Source: Amoebophrya sp. A120
Taxonomy: Eukaryota; Protista; Dinoflagellata
Direction of reading: 5' to 3'
DNA length: 64,000 bases
Assembly: GCA_905178155.1 (NCBI GenBank)
Contig: CAJINV010000028.1
Span: 107,235 to 171,234, forward strand
Shown here: piece after piece, positions 23,666-34,804 of the stretch
How the letters are laid out: the number at the start of each line of letters is the position of its first letter
How positions within the stretch are numbered: the stretch's first letter is position 1
The notes under the pieces: model-generated
Seen by the model: only the letters and a program-made list of their open reading frames with translations
The model's database searches: none
Told to the model about the DNA's origin: nothing
Translations under genes and position numbers: made by a program

Positions 23666-26600
23666 TCAAATTTGTTCTTCGGCAAGACCACCGGCCTTTC
23701 GGGTAGTTTCGGTGCTAGGACTGCTATTCTCGCAGCGTCGTTTGCCGGAGAGGTACGGGAAGCAAACGACGGGCACCGCTCTGCTGCTGCGCGGCTTGAG
23801 CTTGTCCAGCAGAGAGATGCTGTTGGACAGCATGCGCAGCTCCCTGCTGGCACAATCCGCAACCGCCGCTGGCCTAATAAACTTAGTCAAGGGAACAGCT
23901 ACAGCTGCACCTGCAGTGACGGGTAAAATTAATACGGAGCCTGAAGTTGTCTTGTTCGTCGCTGCTGTGGTGGGAAACATGCTGACTGCGGTTAAGGAAG
24001 AAGTCGCGGCTGCAGTGCATGGAACCGAGGCCCCTGGCATCGTCCTCCGTTTCCCGTTTGTTCTACTGCTGTCCACCGACGGAGAAGCCGCTTCAGGGAT
24101 CTGATTCATTGACGTGTCCTCTGCTTGCTGCGCGAACAAGCCGTCGACGTTCTGCTGCTGCTGCATGCTGTGATCATGTTAGTCCGCCGTACAAATCGCT
24201 GCAAAGCTCCAACTACATCAATCAGCAGGCAACACTCCCAGTTCCTCCAGCTCCGCCCATCGCAGCAAACTTCTTCCAATACGTCCCTTGCTCAAAGCGT
24301 ACACGACCTGCAGCTTCAGCTTGCAGCCCATTTTACTTAGTCATCGTGCGACTTCGAAGACTTGAAGTTGCTGTCCTCAATGGCGCCGACAACACGGAGC
24401 AGCAATTGGTCGTGTGCGAACTTTACGCCAAAGTGGTGGCCCCTTTATCGGGCTCGTGGAGCAGGTCGGAAACGGGTCGGCAGGCATTCGTTAAGCGGGA
24501 GTCTGAAAGTTTGCAAATGCCGTCGTTCGTGGGCATTTCGTTGTTCAAGAAGGCGTTCGCCCGGGCCTCGTTGGAGAAGACGGTGCTGTCGGCGGTATCA
24601 CAAACCGCACTCTGTCCACAAAATGCTCCCGCACTGCCCCTAGCTTCTGGTCGTCCACTTTGTATGATGCCGCAATCCCAGTGCATCACCAGCTCTCGAA
24701 CAAGCATATCTACATCTCCCGCGAACTCAAGACGCGAACTTCAAGCGTCCGATGTATCGATACTTCAAGCCGTCCAGCAAAGTCCCAACCAGCGGCGGCG
24801 CAGCAAATCTGCACCGGAAACACATGATGTCCGCGTCCCGGCACCGGGAATCCTCAGTTCACGAAAGGTTGCATGATGCTTTGGTTCGACCAAAAGAGTG
24901 CTCTTGACGGAAACATTCCTTCGGAGCTGCAGGACCCGTATGAATTTTGATTTCAGCATCGCGCTCCTTTTCCTTTTGTTTCCATCATTTCTGCATTCTC
25001 CATAACGAGAACATAAAGATAGACCGCATCACCGAGTTTGGTAAGGCCTGCGTGTTGCTGTGCGTCCATTTCTGCTCCCCCGCACGGTGTGGATCCTCGT
25101 CTGCGTCGAGTCCCGTTTCGGCAGTGCAATTCGTAGCCGCAATCCACGGGCCGCAAATTCCCTTGTCCCGAAAATTTATCATTTGCATGCTGGGGCAGGG
25201 GCTGGGACGCAGGTACTGCCACGTAGTCCGGAAAAAGAACTAGGCCTCCCGCACATCGAGGCTCTCCTGCCTGCAGGCGGCACCGGAGTAGGTTCCGCTC
25301 ATCGAGGCTTGGCCACATTGCGCACGGAGAAACTTGTTGGCAAGCGGCGCCATCCCCGCATTGCCCAAAAGAAAACTGCCCTAGCGGAGGTGCTCTTCAC
25401 TTTCTCCTTGTCCTGCTCCCCCTTGGCAGTCGTCCGTGCACTCGTCGGCGGTCAGTGTGGCGACTGCGTGAAATTTTTTATTTCCGGCTGGGGTCGACGT
25501 AGGGGGAGACCGAGATCCGCCCTGATGCCCCGCGCGGTACGTCCACAAAAAGGGCGCTCTTTATGAAAGCACGCGTCGAACAATCGAGTAGCAGATCTGG
25601 TGAACAAGCTGCCCGTGTTCAGAGTCGTCTTCTCTGCATTTTCCTACATGGCGTCAGCACGTACTACACGCACATTAGGATCCACGGAAGCGCTGCTGCA
25701 AGGTGCGTTTGAAGGAAGCTTACGCTTTCGGCAGCTTGACCTCTGTCCCTGCGTTAGCGTTGCTTCCAAGAACTCGCGTGGTTTCCCCACATTGCCACTG
25801 CTGGGCCTCGTCCACAGCAGGTCCCGCTACAGATGGCGCTACCGCTACCCGCAGTGTCGCTATAGTATGCATTGTCCACAAGCTTCGCCGCCCGTTGACC
25901 TGCTGCTAGAAGATTCGTCACCATGCCTTGATGCCTCAGGACCCTCTGCCTTGATGACCTTCGCGCACCCCGTGGGACATTGATACCTGCGATGCTCGCG
26001 CCAGCAGAGCTAGCTGTGGTGCCGCCCGCTGTTGCGTCGAGGTCAGCTTTCGGAGGTAGGGAGTTGTTTCCCTCCCATGTTGAGTCATCATCGTCGGCCA
26101 CGCTAGTGTCTTTCACCGTATGGACAGTTGAAATCGCGTCACCGGCTTGATGATGCGCGGCAATATTTCGAGCACCGACCGCTTTTTCCTCCACGCCATC
26201 AGCAAAGAACAGATTCTGGAACGCATCTGTGCCATCATACGCTCTATTTGGCCCTTTTGTACCCCCCCCCCGGCAGCACGGCTGGTATTGCTCCCTGCGA
26301 ACCGTGCTCCGAACGACAGACAGCTGCGAAAGGCAGTCTTCGATTGACAGGAAGCCGTAGTTGCCCTTGCTTCCAGCGCTGAAGGAAGCTCCTTCCGCCG
26401 GCTCACCGCGGCTCGCGAGCTTGCCGTCGAAACGTCCATCCTGGTCATCGCTATCTTTCTGACTAGCTGCTATTTCTTCGCCCGGCCGCTCGAGTGTGCC
26501 TCTGCATGATCCCCGCAGCCGCGTCGTTAACGAATCAAGAGTGCTTTCGCCTGGTGGGAGAGAAGGAGGTTCTTGTCGGTGGTATTATAGATCGCTCTGT

Positions 26601-27100
26601 CCACGCGCTTCCGCCTCGCTGTCCGCTGCTGCTGGTGGTCTAATATGTCGCTCAGCTTTGGACCTGGCATCGCATAATCAGGCTCACCTTGCTATGTCGC
26701 TCACCTTTTCTGCATCTTCCTGTATGTTGGCGTCACCGAGAGATGCCACAAAACGAGAGATGCTTGCGCCTGGTTGGAGAATTGAACGGCGATGGTACAA
26801 AGAGCTGCACTCACCTACTGCTGCCTCGCTGCCTGCTGCTGCCGGTCGTGGTCGTCCATGTGGCTCAACTGCTGCTCGCTCTGCTCGCAGAGATGGCGTT
26901 CCTCTTTACGTGCGCTTGCGGAGCGAGAGGTGGTGTTCGCTGCAGTAGTATTTGCGCCTTCCTCGCGGTTTTATTTAGCAACGACTCGTCACTCCCGATC
27001 CACTCTTGACTGTTCTTGCGTCGTGGAAAGACAGCACGGCCAACCCAAGCACAAGTCGTTACAATCAATCGCAGTCACTTCTTGCGCCTGTCTGCTGCGC
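23666..27100 (-). CDS. Probable exons of one or more hypothetical low-complexity protein genes (model unresolved)
   Basis: Minus-strand ORFs 23666..24166, 24423..24707, 25754..26194 and 26113..26448 have exon-like composition. No domain recognised. Confidence 0.35.
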
Positions 27101-29943
27101 TGCCCCAGTTGCGTCTGCAGCCTTCTTCACCCTGAGGCCGCAATCATCGCAAGTGTGGCCCCAAGTTCTGATCGTCGGCGCTGTAGTGTGTACTTACTCA
27201 TACATATAGTTTAGTAGATAGACAACTCTAGTATTTGCGTAGCCCGGGTCCAGACTACCCCGAGGGCATACCACTAACATTACCAGGGGCCTACTGTTTT
27301 TGGTTCGCGTTTTAGTGTTGCCAGTCTTGGTGCAGAACGGCGTCACCATACTAGATCCTTACTCGCCCTCATCATCCGCATCAGCATATGTTGCTAATTT
27401 ATTACTGAGTACCGCGCAAGTTTATGACGGTATTTCGCCGGGCTGTCGGAAGCCTCCTCGGCGGCTGCGTGCTGCGGTGCCTCCGCGGTAGTAGTTCACC
27501 GATGTCCTTTTTTTCTTACACCGATGGGGGCCGGCGCAATGCTGCCGCTGCCTACATTGAAAAAAAACCGAGAGGAAGCAAACATCTTGCGCCGAAGCAA
27601 CCGACCTTCCGACCATGGCTCGCGTGAGGATTCTTGGGCCGCAGCTAGGCTGTAGCTACTGCTTTACTTTCTTCGCGCACCACTCACTCGCACGCCCACT
27701 GAGATATATTATTCCTCACGCGTTACAGTTACTTGGGTGGCGCCCCTCACTCCTCTCACTCAAAACGAACCACACAACCGAAATCGTAACGACGCACGCC
27801 GCTGCGGCTGCGTTAATGCTGCAGTCTGCGTCAATACTGCAGCCCGCAACCAAGTCTTTTTGGCGGCGCCGGCGCCGCATGTGGATGCTCCTCGTGGCGG
27901 CGCTCGCACTTACAGACGGCGAAACCTGAAGAAGTGTTTTAGTTTTTTCTTCCGAAGAGCCAGAATAAACCTTGGAATGCGGCCGATATTTTTCCTAACA
28001 ACCCTTCGCATTGCGAAAAGGGAAGTTAGCTAAGGGGCGCAAGGCTGTTTATAATTACAGTGTATGCAAGTCGCTGTAAAGGCACTATCACTAGAAGACG
28101 TAAGACAGGCCTCGCAAATGCACGAACGTGCTTGTTGCATCAGTATACGGAAAACAAAATGAAAAAATCATTGTTTGATCGAGCTGCCTTGCTTGTTTTT
28201 TTGTTGCAGTTACTGCAGACGCACTACACCAGCAGATAAAGCGCATAGTGCATTCTACGCAGAGACAACCTGCGTTGTTCGTTGTACGGAAGTAAAGTGC
28301 ATGCGCCTGCCGCACAAGAAGGAGCAGCAGACGCAGCGTACAAAAGTTCCAACTGGATTTTCTATTTTTGGCCACCAGTCGTAGGCGAGTCGCAAAAATT
28401 CTGCAGGGCAATACTAATAGACTCCAAAATACTTATCTGATTTTACACAAGACAAAGAGCGCCCAATTCGGTTCTGTCGAGCGTCATGGATTAAACAACC
28501 TTTGCGATTTTGATTTACATTTTCAGATCTGCTTTTTCGGGCGCGAAAGTTTCGGGCGCGGAAGATGATCTTTAGACCCAGGTCTAATAAGTAGTTGTAG
28601 AGCCGCAGAAATCAAATGAAAGTGATCGACCAACCGCTTTAAATTGCAAAGGAGCCCATTTCTAAACGAAACCGCACTCACATACCAAAAGTCCAAAAGT
28701 TGTCATAGTTCTCTCTAGAAGCATGATCTCAAACGCCATGATTCTTGTCGGACTGAATCGTTGGTCTTGAACTAGCAACAGCAAGAATTTGCTGAGGACA
28801 TCGATAAACTGAAATCGAGTGCGAGTCGCATGATCTTTCGGTGCTGTCACTCCAGAGTCAGTCCTAGGTGCATTTTTGACTGCTCTTGGTTGTTCTTTTG
28901 CGATTTTGAAGTTGACGGCAGATCGTTTCAGAATGGGGCCGAAAACTACAACACCTGAACCGCAGGCACTTACTTCCTCAGAACGAATCAATACATTCAT
29001 AGGACCACAAACACGTCGTACACAGGTCGCACAGCCGCAACTTGATTGAGAGTGCGACGAAAGCCACCTCATGCTTTCGAGACTACATTGAAACCCGGCG
29101 ACAAAGTGCAGTTTCTGTCATGATGAGGGGATGATCAAGACACAATATTCGACTTTGGGGATGATCTCGATTTGCAGCAGCTTGCGTCAAATACGAAACA
29201 AATAAAAAACATGAGGATTTTATTCGTATTCTTGCCGAACGCGGAGGCGGACTGTAAGTGACCCCATGCCGCTATGTAGTGTGGCTGTGGACAGAGTGGT
29301 CCGGGTTGCAGCGAAGCCTCGTCCTCTGCGAGACTACCGGACTTGTCTCGCCACGCACGGCAAGCATTGTGAGCCATCCGCAGATAGGAAGTTCGTCGCC
29401 TGCCTCGGCGGCACACGGGGCTCTCGAGCCTCTTTTGTGATGCACCAGCGACGCGCCTCTTCGTAATATCTTCACTCTCCAGCCGCAATCCGGCGTCTTG
29501 TGCATTTCCTCCACTCTGTCATAGCGCTTGCGAATCTTCTACAGCGACGGTCCACAACCAAGAAGCTGGGTCGTGCGACCGCAGCACAGCACACAAACCG
29601 TCTGCAGCCTAGTTTCACTGTGCCTGCAGTTTTCGCTTGGGCACCGCACTCCGAGTGCGCTCGAAAGACGAGGGGACGATCGTCTTCACCGAAATCCACG
29701 TGTAGTGCTTCCACTGCATCAACCTCGGCTGAGAGGTTTAAGCTGAGGCTTCCAAGCCACCATAGTATTAATCGCCGTGGTCGTACCCCAGAACGAGAGA
29801 AAAGATGAGCAGAACGTGAGTGATAATTGGCGCTCCCAGTTGTCGTGCCGGAAATTCAGCGAAATGAGGACATCGGCGGCACCACAGGCGGCTTCTTGCG
29901 CGTCGGACGGAACGCAGACGCATTGCAACAACCACCGGCCCCT

Positions 29944-31955
29944 TCAGTCGTGGTCCTCCACGGTCAGGCTCGATGACGACGAAGAATTTGGAAGACCACC
30001 TGCCTGCTGGTGCAGCGTCGATTTCTGTTCTGTACCCGAGCCGGCCACGGTGGCAGAAATCTTCTTTCTAGGCTTCTTTGGAACTTTGTTGTGGAACTTG
30101 AATTCGCTGACACCGCTGAACGAGGGTGCCAAAAATGGCTCGTCACGTGTGGTGCTACTTTGTGCAACCGGAGTGTCGCCTCTTGTTCGCAAATGGTCAT
30201 CAAGAAGAGCAGGACGCGACGTTACCGAATTTTCCGCCTCCGTCAGCACTTGGGTGTCGACAGAAGAAACTTCCCCACCGTCGCACCCGCTCGACCGTGT
30301 GCCTTTTCCATCGAAATCCACCAACGTTTTAGATGCAGAAGAACCCAGCTCTTTTTTTGGAAGAGCGTGTGCTACGGAGGTGTGGCTCGGTTCTAGGAGA
30401 AGACACGTACTCGCGTCCTGCGCTAGTATCTCCCGCTGCCCCGCGTTCTTGTAACTCTGGCGCATTCGCCACGTTCTGATTCCTCGATAAGCTGTTCCTC
30501 CTGCCGTCCGCGGGGTTTCTCGTCGGAAGTACGGAACTTTCTTCGCCTGAATACCGTACAGGCGATGAGCGTTCCGTTCGTTTGCCTTCAGTACTTCTTC
30601 CGGTGTCAGATCTTTCACTGCGGCAACGCTACTTGCAATCTCCAGAACGTCTGCCGGTCCACCCGTGTTTACCGTGAAATGCGGCGAGTCGGTTTCGAGA
30701 ACAATGCGATCGATCGGGAGACGCTTGACCATGTCGACTAAGTTGACTTTTTTCGCGCGCCCTTGAGTTGTGTGCCAGGAGGCTGCGTTCATCTCGGAAA
30801 CGCGGCTGGAGCCGCCCGAATCGATGTCCTCGGTCATCTGATTCAGAAGTTCCCAATCTTCCGCGTACGGAAACGCAATGTAGCCGCTCACACCAAAGTA
30901 CGCGTTCGGAAACTCCCGGAGAATGAGGTCGACAACTCGGGGCGAGGCGATGGCGCTATGCCAATGAAAAGAATGCTTCCGCGGCAACCATTTTAGCAAG
31001 CATCGCACGAAGTCTGCCTCGCAATCGCGGGAGTGAAACTGGATTGGAAGATCCATCGCGATCGCAACCTCGATGTTCTCCCTGAGGATTTGTTTTTGTC
31101 GTTCGATTATGCATTGCAAAAACATCGTACTCTTTCTCGTACTAAAAATGTTGACCAAAGTCATGCATTACAGAGCTAGGTGTAGGTGTCAAGGTAAATC
31201 CGCAGTACAAATTCAATTCGGAATGCTGCTGGAATTCGTAATGCAATTTTTACTGCTAGTACGAGAACGATACTTCTGCAATGCATATCGATCTCTCCTG
31301 CAAAATCCTCGCCGACGTCCGGCTCGCGTTGGTAATCGGAGTAATCCAATCCGCATTCCTATGCACTGGAAAAGCATCGCTCGTATTACGTGTACATGAA
31401 TTGCAAATACAAATTTTCATCTCGTCAGGTGAACGTGAAACAAAAAAAGAATTTGTCTTCATGCTATTCATTCAGCTAGAAAATTAGATTTGTCCGGAAG
31501 AACTGAAATTATCAGTACCAGTACGATGCTTTTGCAATGCATACTTCTCCCCATGCAACAACTTGGCCCTCGCAACGCTGCATCGCATCGCGAAATAGTG
31601 TGACCAAGTCCGAGTCCCATTCCCACAGGGCACGCTTGGGGTGGGCCCCGAAGGAACAGTAAATGTGGCCCGCGCCGAGCTTCACGAGCCGCACCGTGTC
31701 CTCGATTGCTGCAGCGTCGCAGCACGACGTGATCACCGCAAACGGACCCGAGAGGGCGAGACCGAAAAGCGACCGCTGCAACTCCTCATCGGGAACATCG
31801 CATCCGCGCCGCCCATCGAGAATGAACTCCACGTGGGCATGCGTATCAATGAGTGGCAGATCATGGAGCTCGTCCGGAACTGGAAGGTGAATGATTTTTA
31901 TATACGTTGTTGATTTGCGCGAATTCATCAAATTGGGATTGGGACTGGCATTCAT
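29944..31955 (-). CDS. tatD: TatD-family Mg-dependent DNase with low-complexity C-terminal tail
   Basis: Motifs LIDTHAH, FGAHP, WGECGLDY (after splicing), LPIQFHSRD, HWHS, IVLETDSP, NAHRLY. Exons 31955-31545, 31355-31288, 31102-29944. Confidence 0.93.
31108..31287. mobile_element. Introner-like non-canonical intron, family B, in tatD
   Basis: Perfect TCGAT direct repeats. TIR TATGCATTGCA. No GT-AG at any register within the repeat. Removal gives GEI|ERQKQILRE. Confidence 0.93.
31360..31543. mobile_element. Introner-like intron, family B, in tatD
   Basis: ATTCC/CTTCT repeats. TIR TATGCAYTGSAAAAGCATCG. Removal rebuilds WGE|CGLDY. Confidence 0.92.
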
Positions 31956-32160
31956 TGGGCCACCAGCAGTAGTAGAAAGGTAGTAGAAACTAATGCGCCA
32001 AGAAAAAAGAAAGGAGAAGAACAGATTTCTTCAAAAACATGAATTCTGATACGACTACACGAAGTACTAGAAGCGCAACAAAAGTGAATCTAAGTTTTAC
32101 GTAAAGAAAATGTCAAAGAAGACAAATAGGTTCAGCTTTCCGATAAAAAAATTCACTAAA

Positions 32161-32878
32161 TCACAATCTGTTGATACTTGTGCAACTGCTGCAAAACCAG
32201 TTCGAGCCCCACCATTCTCCTACGACGGTGTTATTGCGTGGTTCGCAACAATATCAGGGCCAAATAAGTGTGGGTCTGGAAGATGAATGCGAGATTCGTC
32301 AACATGCCGATTTTGGTTTTCCAAGACCGGCGATGTCTGTGATGCATGTGTTCTAGTATCACAGATTCTGCGACGGCTCTCTGATGCTCATACAGCATGA
32401 CAAATGCTCATCTCTCCGCGTAACAAAAACTGGACCTCTACTTTGGCTTTTCATGCAATACAGCTTTTATGTTGAGATCAAAAGGTCGCATCGCAAGTTC
32501 CAACTTTCCAGACCCAGACAGATTTGCATTTGATAAACAGCACTTGCAGGATGCCTCGAGCGTGCGATCCTCCCGATCTTGCCGCAGGTACAATGTGCTT
32601 CCCCGGAAGAGTTGCCCGTTCACCAGTTGTATTGCTAACTGTGCGTGCCTGAGCGTCTGAAACTCGAGGACGGCCCATTTTTTGCCGTGCCCTTGGTAGA
32701 TGTTGACGTAAGTGGGTGCTGCCTGCGTGATGCAGCCGATGAAGTCTTTCAAGTCAGTCCACGTCGCCTCCTCGTCGCAAATATTCAGAGCAATGAGACG
32801 ATTCGTGCGCGCTTGTTTGAGTCCCTCCGCCTCCGGACCGTTGATGAGATCCTCTTCATGCCCCCGCACCCATTCCAT
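32161..32878 (-). CDS. RRM protein (Gbp2/hnRNP-M-like RRM) with Cys-rich tail; further upstream exons likely to about 34.2 kb
   Basis: ATWTDLKDF...WAVLEF...AQLAIQLVNGQLFRGSTLYLRQDRE. After removing 32252-32535 the frame continues CKCCCEPR...WFCSSC to a stop at 32161. Confidence 0.75.
32252..32535. mobile_element. Introner-like non-canonical intron, family A
   Basis: AACAA/AACAG direct repeats. Family-A TIRs and interior similar to 7566-7830 and 3584-3855. Confidence 0.9.
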
Positions 32879-34804
32879 GCTGAAGGGCCAGAATAATCAC
32901 GGTAAGCGCCGCAGCACGAGGGAATAAAGCAGGGAGGCAGCCACAGCTGCTGTGCATGTGCTGCTACTTCTGGTCTGCTAACCGCCGAAGGCGGGAACTC
33001 AGGATGCTGGAGGATGCATTTTGTTTTTGCACTGGAGGTTATTGAAATTGGCACTCAGTGTGTGTTTCGTGACGTGCAACTGCAGCAACAATTGAGTAAA
33101 AGTTATAAAGTACTAGGAGCAGCCATGGTGGAGAGTGAATATCGATATACGCGCTCCGTCGACGTTCTTGTTGCAGCACCAGCACCAGTGTGATGCATGG
33201 TAACAAGAAAAATTTGATGAAGCTGCAGCTGGGCTCGCTAGTAGTCACGGTATTTCAGAAACGTTTCTATGTATCCATTCTATTTCTTCCTTTTAAATGA
33301 ATTCAAAAAAGTGCGCGACCACCACCTTGTAGGCTCCACTATTCTCCCACAGGGAGTTCGACCTGTGCACGACTAGTTGATTGTTCTTGACTTTCAGTAA
33401 TTGGTAAATCTTCAGTGTCTTTTGAGATTCTTTCATGTGGAGAGAACCCAAATTATACCAGAAACGAGAGCAGCAAGGCTGCGAACAAAATGAAGAAATT
33501 CTAATTCATCCAATAGCAAACTGATGATTTTATTTCGAAGCTCCTGCATCTGCGCGACTAGGGTTTGGAGGACCTGCACCGCTTTTATTTGTGCGTTCTC
33601 CCTGTGTTCTCCTCGCTCTCCCGGAAGAACGCGATGTTGCAGCCCCCTATCTTTGGAGACACAAACAACAACTACTTTTGGGCATGATGCAATTCGAGTT
33701 TTTCCTTTTCCCATATGTCAAATTGTAGTTTTTGATCCGCCGCTGCTGTCGGACCTGGTTTCGAGCTAGCACTAAGTCGTTTTTGCGGTAGAAATAGAGA
33801 CTGCTCTGTGGTTCTGTATCTGTACTTGTATGTAGAAGATAATTATACGGGGATCCGTAAAACATTCTTACCAGTTGCAAATAGCAATACTAACTCGTCC
33901 AGCTACGTGATCTTTCAAATCAGCAAACCGCGAGTACGGGCCCGCTAGGCGGGCTCGACAGCAGTATACACCCCACCCGCTGCTCCGAAAAACCATCTCC
34001 CGCCGACCAGATATTCTTCTCGCCTGGATCTCCGGTCGCAGCGGCGCCGCGAAATTGCGAATACAAAACTGGGATCGTCGACAAGCGCCACCAGGTCTGG
34101 ATTTGTCTCCGACATCGCCCATTTTTTCCCCGCTATCGAGTTCACCAGTCCGGGAGATGTGTGCAAAAGAAAAAATGATGTGACATCAGGATGAGCACTC
34201 GGACCACAGCAGCAAAGAGAAACTCAAACGTCGACATGCTTCGTCAAGTATCGGTCACTGTCCTTGCCTCTGCAGCAGCCCGAGCCTGAGGACATGCATT
34301 ACTTTCATATACATAAAAGAAAACATGATTTTTTTTTTCCAGTCGTAGACCGAGAGTGACATAATTTGCTCCACATGCTCAAACTCAGAATTTTCTATTT
34401 CGACAAGAACGCGCACACAAAAAACGGGGTCCACTTAGGGAATGTGAATGACCGTAAAAGATACAGAATAAGCTGCACAAAGACAAACATCGATCATAGA
34501 AACAGCTGTGAGATTTTTCGAGCTTGCTTTGTCTTATCGCCGTGGCATGACGAGGTCATCGGCCTCCTGGATGCACATCACCTTCGTCCCGATTGGTAAT
34601 CGATGATGAGCTCCTCCTTCGTGTCGTCTGCATCCCCCGTAAAGCTCATATCCAAAGCAAAAGCTTTCCAGAGTAATCGCCAGATAGGTCGCAGCTCTCT
34701 AGAAGTAGAAGACAGTACTATGCGCTATTTCTATTTACCAACTTCGTGTTCGTCGTAGACAAAGAAATACAGAAAGTCTCTCACTACTCACCACGACTTG
34801 GAGC

